IMG/VR virus record: IMGVR_UViG_3300046318_000260
Coordinates: 3,862 to 67,861 of that record
Strand: one strand, 5' to 3'
DNA from: a virus
DNA length: 64,000 bases
Positions 50,601 through 60,187 of this stretch are shown piece by piece (the stretch's first letter is position 1; every line of letters begins with the position of its first letter). Made by a program: the position numbers and the translations under genes. Below the pieces are notes generated by a model, which did no database searches, was not told where the DNA came from, and saw only the letters and a list, made by a program, of their open reading frames with translations.

Positions 50601-51567
50601 AAATATCTTGTTCTCCTCCTTGTTGTGCAATAGGAAATTGTGGAGCAGGTGCTTGTTGCATCTGCATCATTTGATCATAATTTTGTTCTGCTTGTTTTTT
50701 AGCAAAAGCCATAGCAGATTGATTTTTAACAGAACCAATAAACTTGTCTAATGATTTCTTTCTTACATTAGCTCCTGTTGGATCTGCATTATCATCATCA
50801 AACTTAGCCGATGCTGGAGCAGCACTATCACCACCCATCTGTTTCTTAACTAGTTTAAGTACAGAGTTTACATAACTTCTTTTACTAGGCATTCCACCCA
50901 TTCTGTATTCTTCTGGTAATTGAGGTTCTGCATAATCAGAAAATACAGTTTCATCTTCTTCTGTTGCAGATGGTGCACTCCATGCAAGATCTGCATAAGG
51001 ATTAGTAGCACCTCCTAAATAATCACCCATGCTTTCTGGTAAGTATGCACTAACATCAGGCATTTGAATAGGCACTTCCATTCCTTCTTGAGCTCTTGGA
51101 TAACCTCCATAACGCATGATAATATCTGCAGCTACTTGAGAATCATCATCACTTGAATCATTCCACTCATCAATAATCTCATTAGACATTTCTGTTCCAG
51201 TAGGCGTTTGTCTAACTTGCTCTACCTCAGCTTCTTCAATAGTATCTGTACCAGCAGTTACTGCTTCAGAATCATCATCTTCTTCTTCAGCATCATCAAT
51301 TTCTGATTGTTTTTGTTGTTCTACATATTGGTATATTTGATCTACAAACTGTTGTGCCTCCATTGGATCTTTACCATAGGTATTAACCAGTTTGATTATG
51401 ATTCTTTCTCTAGGTTCTGAATTACCAATATCTGTTAGAACAGCTGAAGCTAATTGATTATCATCTATTTCTTGCATTTGTTGACTACCAGCACCTGGAT
51501 AACCCATAGTATCTACGTTAGGCATACCACCTTCCTGTGCTTTGTAAATCCTTACTCTTTTTTTCAT
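47698..51567 (-). CDS. virion cargo protein with many xxGG motifs and internal repeats
   Basis: About 13 [MYFAK]xxGG motifs, a T-rich linker and two classes of internal repeat. Confidence 0.65.
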   Translation of the reverse strand: MKKRVRIYKAQEGGMPNVDTMGYPGAGSQQMQEIDDNQLASAVLTDIGNSEPRERIIIKLVNTYGKDPMEAQQFVDQIYQYVEQQKQSEIDDAEEEDDDSEAVTAGTDTIEEAEVEQVRQTPTGTEMSNEIIDEWNDSSDDDSQVAADIIMRYGGYPRAQEGMEVPIQMPDVSAYLPESMGDYLGGATNPYADLAWSAPSATEEDETVFSDYAEPQLPEEYRMGGMPSKRSYVNSVLKLVKKQMGGDSAAPASAKFDDDNADPTGANVRKKSLDKFIGSVKNQSAMAFAKKQAEQNYDQMMQMQQAPAPQFPIAQQGGEQDIYAGQDFENPMHHLALFSQATGDVFQDEQNQITQAQFGGLFGGRRNRLNAYTGGYNMPRGFQGMPPITKMDVRRSGWFGKPKEYSIEFGQGSPMPGMGMPGQGVGFYGYGARTIKYPATRIKVESEAASVNNKAKEEIAATTPDSKATTDAAKTDVTTTVSTSTQGTVASSTVPGNTQPTQTVTTEGKTETTPVNPTVVKPTVTETEVETEIKPGGAVKTPETGIELTYTKDRKGAAFYQKDGKYYVIPDENNYDVSYEVTDPKRIENIKKFKGDQTLNYQYIPGKDFNYKRNKYGEWEFQSADAPRTKAGYVDDNADNWNLVTNPETLKILANDPRSGKGSKSQSLLTLESKPGYYYRQRNDGSYEKFEGDPKKHYSGKKATAVITDEKTIDYLNNEIMSAPDINPSAKAPKPDTRQEKNWTTEDGGKATSYQGTYTTTLGQVVPARYQIVKDKNGKIIPKKSFAAVTQSQDYGGVIYVPWEDLPQGQKKNGGAIHQMGGSINNPIANQYGDLQKFIGGGNEDFTQGDLDDVYSKDTANGDFPMAQYGYAVQNLFPANVMPTQYAKMKGVPYDPRTGKPVANYMPGVGTGIKKIDVTKSSWLTGRPKKYTVTYGTQEMDPRKQNLITLPGSGTETVESQVRAPQRQRTDVSDLRMRAAMAVRKGERQAYRNDKRLARHPEYWNTPTMENIGYPGADPIGTTPGFDAQKAMDYMRQSLTVPNLPETAPQGTPFSADMLYNMSGPRADVEMQYGGDLQRFIAKAQDGFQSPVVYTNNPAMHGMSQVDMISLNPGIQGSGTGSLDMGFMNKNIPTRDTSNDPKEQTIDPTQIGSHQAENVYAGPGEDVAVDYKVKNSVDPEAYVNVANAGIRGITGILNRRDAARQEAKMSDNLTADNLYASDPSKDRGDYESNSGLYRPDEMGQKWNSRSKQYGGNIYQDGGMVEGDEVFMTDEEIQEFLANGGDLEFI

Positions 51568-51584
51568 ATAACTAGTTATAATTA

Positions 51585-51627
51585 AATATAGTAAATTTTA
51601 AGTTATCACTTAAACTTAATAAGTTTA
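51585..51627 (-). promoter_or_regulatory. putative late promoter with upstream palindrome
   Basis: TTTACTATATT (-) at 51585-51595 and a perfect inverted repeat TAAACTT-AAT-AAGTTTA at 51611-51627. Confidence 0.55.
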
Positions 51628-51640
51628 GCTCTGTCTTCTA

Positions 51641-52975
51641 TTATTGATTCAATGAAGGTACAGATATATCATTCATGGTACTACCACCATTTGCATAAGC
51701 TGGACCATTTGGACCTACAGTTCCATCAGCACTTACCCAAGCATCTCTAGAGTCATCATAGTATGCACCACCTTTTTCATAGTGTTGCTTTTTGGCTTTT
51801 TCAAATTTATCATACTGTTGTTTTAAGTTTATGACATCACTCATAACTGAAAACGGAGCTACTTTTGTTTTAGAACTTTTTAAAGGAGACAAGATATCAC
51901 TAGCAACACTTAACTTGTTACTTTCATTGTTAGGATCTTGTGCATAGTCATATGCATCAGATGCATTTAATAAATAGTTTATACCCGTTTTAACTGCACC
52001 AGGCATAAAGTATTTACCTACTGTAAGCATAGTATTTCCTATAGCTTCCATTTGGTCTATTCTTGGAGTATTCTTTAGTTTGTCCTTGTGCTTTGCTTCT
52101 AGTTCAACAATTTGTTCATAGATTCTACCTCTTTCAGACATGTCTGACATTTTGGTTGGACCTAGTCCATCATTTTGAGAATCATACTTTTCTAGTTTTT
52201 TTCTTAAATAGTTTAATTTTTTAGTAATAGGATTTACCCGAGGTGTTTTAACAATAACTTCTTTATTAGTTGTAATTGGTATACAGTTTCCAAACTCATC
52301 TTTTCTAAGTCCTGGAGGACATCCTAATACACCACCTTTTTCAGCATGTATTAATCCTTCACCACCACATTTATGACATGTAGTAATATCCTTACCTCCA
52401 TCTGCAGCATTCCATTCCCAACCACATTTTTTACAAGTTACTTTCTTAGTAAGTAAAGCTCCTCCTTGTTTATAATCATCCAGTTCTTCTACTACATAAC
52501 CACCATCTTTATAAGCTTGTATTTCTTCAGGAGTTAACTCAAGTTCAATATAATCTTGAGCTTGTCCACCATCTTGATAGAAGCTAGCATTAGGATCATA
52601 GATCTGTTTTTTCTTAGGTTTTTTAAACAAAGGATTCACTGCAAAAAACTTATTCATAGCAGTAATGTTTCTAGTATATTTTTTACTAGGTTTTTTACCA
52701 CCCTTTTTCATCTGCGGATATTCATCAACATACTCAGCATCTGGAAAATTATAGTCTTGACCAGGTTGCATCATAACACCAGGCCCAACACTTGGTTGAG
52801 CCCATACTGGATAATTTACACCTTGCATTGTGATATCACCTCCAGGTATTCTTGTATTTTGACCAGGATACTTCCACTGTCCCATAGGATCAGTAATTAT
52901 ATCTTTTGGTTTTGCTGGAGCCTTTGCTTTATCTAATTCAGATACTGCTTTAGACAGAACTCTTTTATTATTCAT
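51641..52975 (-). CDS. modular virion protein with seven xxGG motifs and a Zn-ribbon module
   Basis: MKKGG, YQDGG, YKDGG, YKQGG, AEKGG, YEKGG and YANGG; CKKC...CHKC module. Confidence 0.65.
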   Translation of the reverse strand: MNNKRVLSKAVSELDKAKAPAKPKDIITDPMGQWKYPGQNTRIPGGDITMQGVNYPVWAQPSVGPGVMMQPGQDYNFPDAEYVDEYPQMKKGGKKPSKKYTRNITAMNKFFAVNPLFKKPKKKQIYDPNASFYQDGGQAQDYIELELTPEEIQAYKDGGYVVEELDDYKQGGALLTKKVTCKKCGWEWNAADGGKDITTCHKCGGEGLIHAEKGGVLGCPPGLRKDEFGNCIPITTNKEVIVKTPRVNPITKKLNYLRKKLEKYDSQNDGLGPTKMSDMSERGRIYEQIVELEAKHKDKLKNTPRIDQMEAIGNTMLTVGKYFMPGAVKTGINYLLNASDAYDYAQDPNNESNKLSVASDILSPLKSSKTKVAPFSVMSDVINLKQQYDKFEKAKKQHYEKGGAYYDDSRDAWVSADGTVGPNGPAYANGGSTMNDISVPSLNQ

Positions 52976-55900
52976 TACCTATTGGATAATTGATTTTTAG
53001 TACTAGTTAATTTCAAGATCATGTTGACATCACCTGACACATCTCTTCTTAAATGTAAGAAGTTCAAGTAGTGTCTGAATTTCTTTCTTTGAAGGAATGG
53101 TTTAGTGATATCCATATTATTAGGATTCAGTGTTTTAATATAACCATTAGGTTGTGTAACCCACAAATACTCTTGTGTATAGTTACCTAATAATTCTGTA
53201 GTTCCTGGTACTAACGGTCCTTGTGGAGGATAACCAGCACCTACAGGGAATTCACCTCTGTCTCTTGTAATATCCCAGAACTGGTTAAATCTATACTTGT
53301 TCTCTTCTTTAGAGAATAGTATTTCAAATCCCGGTAATGGTTGCACATTAGGTTCAATAATTTGATTAGGTGCAGGTTTTGGATATTCTAAACTTAATGA
53401 TACATTATTCTTAGGGAATATGTTCAAAGCAAGATATCCAGATACTTGCTCCATATTAAACACAACAGCTTTATCAAAGTTATAGTCTAATACTTGGAAT
53501 TGATCAACACAGTTGTAACTATCTCTTTTGTAACACTCAAGAATATACTGAACAGATTTTACTGTAGTAACAGTTTCTCCTGTGATTACTGGTATCTCAA
53601 CTTCAAAAGGATAATCTTTTCCATAATAGTTACAATAGCCATCACAGATGTAATTGTGTTTCCATAATGTATTATCCTTAGTTGTGATAAAATATGCTTT
53701 TGTTCCTAATGAAAAGTCAGGATGCCAGTCATGATAACTAATCCAAAACTGATTCTTAGGGTCATAGCTTAATGTCCATGAAGCATCTTCAAATAAGAAT
53801 GGGTCACCTAATAAATATCTAGCTCCGCCATTTAAAACAAAATAGTCACCTTGACCTTTTTGTCTACCAAAAGTTATTAATGGCACATACTCTACTTGAC
53901 CAACATATTCTTTTCTTAACTGGTAATCCTTCTTAGTAAAATAGATGATTGAGTTTGTATTGTCATACATTGCTTGGCAACCAATTCCAGATACTGGATT
54001 ATCTTGATATGGATAATCTGGGAAGTCTTCAGTTAGTTTATACGGTAGGAACAAAGTAAACCACCATTTTAATCCTGTCTGTGAAATTTCTTTTAAGCCT
54101 CCAGCATAGTTAAATATCTTAGCCTGGTTTTCAGACATGTAGAATAATCCAGCAGGTGTAGAAATTACAGCAAGTCTACTTTGTGAAGAACCATACTCAT
54201 ATGGTTTATCAGCATTAGTTACAGACTGACCTGGTTGACTAAATAAACCTCCGTCACCTATAGTTACCTTAGTACCTAAATCAGTTTGAAGTGTGTCAAC
54301 CCCTTGGTACATTAATGGGCTATCATTTTTAAAAGTGATGAATAAACCACTCTTGTTAATTGACTTAACACCACTAACTTGAGACTTAAACTCTTTATAG
54401 TTGTTTGGTAAGTATATAAACCAACTGTCTTTTAATGATTCATCCTGCTGCTGTAGAGAATAATAAATTCTATCAGGGTAGTAGGTGTAACATAACTTAG
54501 CTACATTAGGATCATAGTATCTGCTTTGTAAAGAACCCTGTGAAAAATACTGAGTAAATGCTTTTGATATACTAAGTGAATAGTCATATCTATATACATT
54601 ACCTCTAGTAATAATGTTAGGATTCATATTAAACATTGCAGGATAGTCTGTATATCTATATGGATCATAGTGTTTATCTCCTTCCTCAAGACCTTGTTGT
54701 CTAAAGTCAACTAACACATCAGATTCAACAAAAAAGTCTCTTACAGCTGAGTTTGCTAAATAAAACTTAGCTTCTTTTGCACCAAACAAACCAGGATAAT
54801 TTCCTGGATCATTATTAGCATAGTTATAACCAGACCAATCTAAATTATAAAATCTAGATGGAAGAGCTCCTGTTCCTGGAGGACTAACTGAACCAATAGA
54901 AATACTTGATGTCAAATCTGACACATCATACTTAATACTGTTTACTGCAAACTTAGGTGAAGGAATCATTTGGTGCAAATAGTAGTTATACTCAAAACCA
55001 TCTGGTTGACCATATAACCAATCATAGAAATAGAAGAATGTATTCTTTTCTGTGTATCTATTTATAAATGTATCACCTCCAAAAAAGATAGGAGTTCTTT
55101 GTAATGTCTTTTGGATCAGCACACTTCCTTGTGTAGTTGTAATGCTTTGACAAACAATACCTGTATTTACAGAAGCAAAGTTATTACCCGCACTTCCTAT
55201 TTTTTGCTCACATGGAGTAATTGGAATTTGTTTAATACCTTGTAACTGCCCATACTGATTTCTTAATCTAACTTTTAAAGCACCATAGTGACTAGCAATT
55301 GGTAAACTAAATGGAATATCAATATTAACAAAGTCTGGTTTTTCTCCAGGCAATACAGCAGGATCACTTAAACTTTGTAATAAAGAACCCATTGTCACCA
55401 AAGACTTATCAATATTGATAAAGTTAGGTCCATCACTTACACCTGTTCCAGTTAAAGTTCTTACTGTAACTGCATCAGATCTTTTTAAGTTATTGATAGT
55501 ATAAGATCTAAATACACCCGTACTATCTTGATACTTAGGAATCTCTTGTATGTTGTCTCTTATGTAGAAACTATCTGGAGTTTTGAACCTTACAATATTA
55601 GCCTGTACATTTTCAGGAGTCATACTACTATAGAATCCATGAGCTATAGCTTGCATTGCAAACTGTCTATATGGTAGTAGTGCTTGTATTAAACCTAAAG
55701 TTGCATCAGCTCCTTCTGAGAAATAAAATAAAAATTGATTCAAACCACCAAGTATTCTTAATGGCCCAGGAAGATAAGCATAACTTGGATATTCAATAGT
55801 CCCTGATAAAGATGGTATATAACCATAACCTGAACCAGGAATAATAGCTTGAGTATTTATTGATGAAGCTAAAAGTGATCCAGCTATATTTTGAACACTT

Positions 55901-58422
55901 GAATCTATACCACCAACTAATACAGCAAAAGCATCTAACATATATCCACCTAAACTATTATAGTAAGTTTCAATTGTATTGTTATAGACTGCAGTAGCTG
56001 CACCAACAATTGGTATTGATGCTGTAGCAATAGCTCCTGGAGATAAAGCAGAAGCTGCTGTTGTATATGCCTGTGAAGTATCTTGCCATTGTATAGTGTT
56101 CATGGTTCTTTTTCCAATCATAGAAGCAATAGCTTCTGCCACACCAACAATAAACATTGGGATAATAGCAAGATCAGAAAGTAACTTAAACTTAGGATGT
56201 TGATCCGGATCTTGGAAACTTTGTGTAGAATAACCTGATAAATATCCATACAGTTTTAATTCTGTAGTGGATAAGAATGGTGTTCTAAACATTGTATCAG
56301 GTGAATGGAATGTTATAATATCTTTTGGTACTGTTTGATTCAATATAGTAGATGAACCTGTAGGGGTCATAAGTATATAAGGATCATTATATGCATAGTT
56401 ACCAGATCCATTTGGTCCATAGTTATTTAAAGGAACAATAGTATTAAATGGATAGTTAGGATATAATCCAGTTCTACCTCTTCCCGCAGATCCTTTGATT
56501 ACATAAGATCTAACATTATTAATCATTCCTTTTGCAATGATAGTCTTATTACCTTCTCTAGATCCTCTTAATATTTCATATCCAACAATACCTGGTATGT
56601 CATTACCATCATTATCTTTTGGTGTAAGAATGTTTTCAAAGTATACCCCCATCACTCTAATGTTCAACTGATCCCCAATTGTAGCAGCATTAGGATTACT
56701 TGCAAAGTGAGTAGTGTTTATGCTCAAACAGTTATCTGGAAACTTGTGATGTCTAATAGGCAGACCACATAAGTCATATGCTTGACTAGGTATATTTTCT
56801 TTTCCAGTCCAGCAATGAGCACTTGCGTTCCAAATATAGTCTTGATTATCAGGATAAGTTTCTGATGATTCCCAGTAACCCATATCACCTACAGCAATAA
56901 TTTTACCACCATCATCAAGTGTAGTACCTACTAAACCAGGAGCTGTTGTAATACTTGCTGTATTGTATACTTCAAATACTTGATCATCTGGAGCTAATGT
57001 GTTCTGATCTGTTGGTAATAAAGCCATTTCATTTACGGTAGCACCTGTTGTTGGTACTGTGTAATTTCTTGCAGCTCTACCCGGAATATGATAAGAAGAA
57101 GATTTATCTCCAGTATCATATACCCAACGGATAAAGAATGTATATACTTCATCTCTTAAGTAACTTCCTTTCCAACCCCCTTTTACATAATAGTCAGCTG
57201 GATATTGTACTGAAGCCCACTTAGCTCTAATTAAATTAGCAAGTGGTTGATAGTTAAAGTCAAACTTAGATGTAGGCCCTACTCTAAGCAAGTAACCATT
57301 TACTTCAGCCATTTGATCTGACTTTTCAAACACAGGAGTTTGAATTGGTAAATTCTCTACAGGAACTGTAATAAGATCTTCTTTAATTTGATCTAATTCA
57401 ATTCTTGTTGTTTTTGTTGAGTATAAACCAATCTGTCTTGCAACAGTACCTTGGTTAATATTTTGTACAATGACAAGTAAGAACTCATCAAAGTTTATGA
57501 AATCAGCTTCTACTGTGAGTGTAAGTGAACTTTCAGAATCATTCACTGTCCATAAAGGTTGTGTATTACTATTAGAGAAATAGTCTGTAACCTTTTGACC
57601 TTTGATAGCATATGCTATAGTAGCATAATAAGTACCATTTCTTAAAGTACCACCCGATGAACCAGGAGTTAATTTAAGACATGGTGTAGTCATTAGTCTA
57701 GCCAATCTTATTTTATCACAGTCAAGTGAATTAAGATCTTTACAAGTTACACATCCGATTGGGTGACCTGCTGGCCAAGTATCAGGTGCTGTTTCTGTTG
57801 TACCTGTTGAGTCAGTACATAACTGATTCCATCTTACACCAGGCCAAAGAATTTTATCTACACCATTAGTGTAATAATTCATATCAGCAGTTGTACCAAT
57901 CCAAGTATAATTACTTGATGGCCAAGTTTGAGGATCTCCTACATTAAGATATCTATCTGGATTTAATCCATCAGCAAAATAACCTTGCCATGTGCAATCT
58001 TCTTTTTCTCTAGATACACCAGAAATCAAATATCTTTTGTCAAAACCTAAACATGCGTCTTGTACAATTGGTCTATAGATACATCTTTCTTCTTCTAGCA
58101 AACCAATTTCTGACATAGCCGGCTGACCTTGAGCATTATGACCTGCTGTAAAGATTAACCATTTATCTGAAAACAATTGAATAGCACCAATAATATATTT
58201 GTGTGTAACAAATGCAGGCATAGCAGCTCCAGTTGTTGCACATAACATGTTTGAAGTTTCATTTGAGATAGCACCCAAATCCCCCTCTACCGTATTGTTA
58301 GTTGCATTACGCGCATGTGTCCACATTCCATCTTGTACAAAAGATGGATCAGAATCTTTATTTAACCCTTTAGTAAAACTATGGTTAATATTTTGAGATG
58401 TGTTTTGTATTTTGCCTGCCAT
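52975..58422 (-). CDS. tail stabilisation/muzzle protein (P22 gp10-like, crAss type)
   Basis: N-terminal FTKGLNKD, FGGDTFI, YGSSQS and WTLSYDP....WISYHDW.P motifs; beta-rich; follows the ring genes. Confidence 0.8.
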   Translation of the reverse strand: MAGKIQNTSQNINHSFTKGLNKDSDPSFVQDGMWTHARNATNNTVEGDLGAISNETSNMLCATTGAAMPAFVTHKYIIGAIQLFSDKWLIFTAGHNAQGQPAMSEIGLLEEERCIYRPIVQDACLGFDKRYLISGVSREKEDCTWQGYFADGLNPDRYLNVGDPQTWPSSNYTWIGTTADMNYYTNGVDKILWPGVRWNQLCTDSTGTTETAPDTWPAGHPIGCVTCKDLNSLDCDKIRLARLMTTPCLKLTPGSSGGTLRNGTYYATIAYAIKGQKVTDYFSNSNTQPLWTVNDSESSLTLTVEADFINFDEFLLVIVQNINQGTVARQIGLYSTKTTRIELDQIKEDLITVPVENLPIQTPVFEKSDQMAEVNGYLLRVGPTSKFDFNYQPLANLIRAKWASVQYPADYYVKGGWKGSYLRDEVYTFFIRWVYDTGDKSSSYHIPGRAARNYTVPTTGATVNEMALLPTDQNTLAPDDQVFEVYNTASITTAPGLVGTTLDDGGKIIAVGDMGYWESSETYPDNQDYIWNASAHCWTGKENIPSQAYDLCGLPIRHHKFPDNCLSINTTHFASNPNAATIGDQLNIRVMGVYFENILTPKDNDGNDIPGIVGYEILRGSREGNKTIIAKGMINNVRSYVIKGSAGRGRTGLYPNYPFNTIVPLNNYGPNGSGNYAYNDPYILMTPTGSSTILNQTVPKDIITFHSPDTMFRTPFLSTTELKLYGYLSGYSTQSFQDPDQHPKFKLLSDLAIIPMFIVGVAEAIASMIGKRTMNTIQWQDTSQAYTTAASALSPGAIATASIPIVGAATAVYNNTIETYYNSLGGYMLDAFAVLVGGIDSSVQNIAGSLLASSINTQAIIPGSGYGYIPSLSGTIEYPSYAYLPGPLRILGGLNQFLFYFSEGADATLGLIQALLPYRQFAMQAIAHGFYSSMTPENVQANIVRFKTPDSFYIRDNIQEIPKYQDSTGVFRSYTINNLKRSDAVTVRTLTGTGVSDGPNFINIDKSLVTMGSLLQSLSDPAVLPGEKPDFVNIDIPFSLPIASHYGALKVRLRNQYGQLQGIKQIPITPCEQKIGSAGNNFASVNTGIVCQSITTTQGSVLIQKTLQRTPIFFGGDTFINRYTEKNTFFYFYDWLYGQPDGFEYNYYLHQMIPSPKFAVNSIKYDVSDLTSSISIGSVSPPGTGALPSRFYNLDWSGYNYANNDPGNYPGLFGAKEAKFYLANSAVRDFFVESDVLVDFRQQGLEEGDKHYDPYRYTDYPAMFNMNPNIITRGNVYRYDYSLSISKAFTQYFSQGSLQSRYYDPNVAKLCYTYYPDRIYYSLQQQDESLKDSWFIYLPNNYKEFKSQVSGVKSINKSGLFITFKNDSPLMYQGVDTLQTDLGTKVTIGDGGLFSQPGQSVTNADKPYEYGSSQSRLAVISTPAGLFYMSENQAKIFNYAGGLKEISQTGLKWWFTLFLPYKLTEDFPDYPYQDNPVSGIGCQAMYDNTNSIIYFTKKDYQLRKEYVGQVEYVPLITFGRQKGQGDYFVLNGGARYLLGDPFLFEDASWTLSYDPKNQFWISYHDWHPDFSLGTKAYFITTKDNTLWKHNYICDGYCNYYGKDYPFEVEIPVITGETVTTVKSVQYILECYKRDSYNCVDQFQVLDYNFDKAVVFNMEQVSGYLALNIFPKNNVSLSLEYPKPAPNQIIEPNVQPLPGFEILFSKEENKYRFNQFWDITRDRGEFPVGAGYPPQGPLVPGTTELLGNYTQEYLWVTQPNGYIKTLNPNNMDITKPFLQRKKFRHYLNFLHLRRDVSGDVNMILKLTSTKNQLSNR

Positions 58423-58424
58423 GA

Positions 58425-59525
58425 TTATCTACCTGTTCCGTTTGGATTATACCCATATCTATTTACTGGACCAACTACTCTTGTAGCATTAGGATTTTCA
58501 GGATATGCATTAGCTGGAATATATGAATTGAACATATCATAGTATTTAGAATACTGCGCTCTTCTATTTTTCCACCATATCTCATATAGTTCTCTAAAGT
58601 TAGGAGTGTTAACCAAGCTAAGTGCTTGATTTCTAGCAGCTTTTAATCTTTGTTCTACCAATCCCATTCTCTGAGCAACATCTTCACCATTTAGATAAAG
58701 GTTCTCCATGATTCTTAACTTCAATGCATACTCATAATATTCATTTAATAAGTCATGATCCGGTACCATTAAGTTACCATTCTCATCTTCCATTTGACCC
58801 TGGTAATTTACATACACAGTACCTTCCTGAAAATTTGTAAACAAGTAACCACCTTTAATAAATCCTGCATTAAGAACATTGATGCCTACATTAGGACAAC
58901 CTCTTTCTACACCCTGGCCTTCTGCCATTCTTAAAGGAACCAGTTGTCTATAAACTCTTGTTTGAGTTGGATTAATTACTTGTACTAATTCCCATTCTTC
59001 ACCCTTACAGTTCATAAATACTCTTGGGCGGATACATGTATCACCATAAGGAGTAATAGGATCATATGCATTTGGTACAATAGGATCTGGACATGTTGAT
59101 GAACATGAGTTAGTAGGACATGCTGCAGTGTGATTACATGGATTAGAATTACATACTGCACAGTTGACTGTTATTGGAGCACATACATCTACGGTAGCAG
59201 GGACTTCTTGGTAGCGTACTTCTTGCATATTTGTTCCAGAAGCAAATCCACCATATCCTGTAGCTACTGTATACTCTCCACAAACTAATCCAAAGTTCCA
59301 TGTATAAAAATCATCTGGTAGTTTTACTTTACCATGACATACATCTAATGCAACTTCTTTAGTTTGATTGATTCTAAGACCTAAATCATAATTGATCTTC
59401 TTAGCTAACTTGATAAGCTGTTGTGGCTCAATCATGTTTTCTAAAGCAAATGTATTTAAGTCAATAGTAACATCTTCCAGCATCTGGTCAAATGTTCTAT
59501 ATCTCAGTGTGTAATTGTAGTCCAT
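58425..59525 (-). CDS. tail tubular/ring protein (P22 gp4-like) with Cys-rich insert
   Basis: LPDDF and TNF.EG.V..NY....D..G...VPD motifs; directly upstream of the muzzle gene. Confidence 0.7.
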   Translation of the reverse strand: MDYNYTLRYRTFDQMLEDVTIDLNTFALENMIEPQQLIKLAKKINYDLGLRINQTKEVALDVCHGKVKLPDDFYTWNFGLVCGEYTVATGYGGFASGTNMQEVRYQEVPATVDVCAPITVNCAVCNSNPCNHTAACPTNSCSSTCPDPIVPNAYDPITPYGDTCIRPRVFMNCKGEEWELVQVINPTQTRVYRQLVPLRMAEGQGVERGCPNVGINVLNAGFIKGGYLFTNFQEGTVYVNYQGQMEDENGNLMVPDHDLLNEYYEYALKLRIMENLYLNGEDVAQRMGLVEQRLKAARNQALSLVNTPNFRELYEIWWKNRRAQYSKYYDMFNSYIPANAYPENPNATRVVGPVNRYGYNPNGTGR

Positions 59526-60187
59526 TATCTAAGTGCATTTTGTCCATCATCTGAACCATCACCTGGTACAGATAAAGACATTGTTAATTCTTTTACTACA
59601 AACTGTTCTACTTCAGAAAATAAATATTCAGGTAAAACAAATTCATCATCTTGTCTTATCAAACAAGGATCAGTTTCACATGTCTCAACTTGACCATCAA
59701 AGATTGCTTCAATTCTAATAGCATCCCAATCTACATTAGGACAATAGATATAACCATTAAGATACCAGAAGTATTGTTTTCTGTTATACTTAAATGTTGT
59801 TGATCTTGTAATAGATGCCCATGTTCCAGGATCTGTTCTAAACATTTCAATTGTACCATCTATTGATGATGTGGTACGGATAAGTGGCCCAAACATTCCA
59901 TTAAGAATAGTTGGTAGTTTTTCTTTTGACCTTTTGAAGTAACACTCAGAGTAAACCCCAATACAACCTGCCTCAACTTTATCAACATCAATCAGCTCCA
60001 CATAAGGCATGACCTTAAAGATCTGACTCATCTTCATAAGTCTAAATTGATTATCTTCTCTCTTGATTAATGTCTGTGCATACTTCATTAGAGAATAGTA
60101 GATTGTTCTATCAGTTAAGAAGGGATCTTCTTTAACTGCTTTCAGGGTATTCCTTACTCTTGATATTGCCTCACCTATTGTTGTCAT
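59525..60187 (-). CDS. tail ring/structural protein
   Basis: RS..KLP, YFWYLNGYIY and I.IEAIF motifs; position in the tail module. Confidence 0.6.
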   Translation of the reverse strand: MTTIGEAISRVRNTLKAVKEDPFLTDRTIYYSLMKYAQTLIKREDNQFRLMKMSQIFKVMPYVELIDVDKVEAGCIGVYSECYFKRSKEKLPTILNGMFGPLIRTTSSIDGTIEMFRTDPGTWASITRSTTFKYNRKQYFWYLNGYIYCPNVDWDAIRIEAIFDGQVETCETDPCLIRQDDEFVLPEYLFSEVEQFVVKELTMSLSVPGDGSDDGQNALR

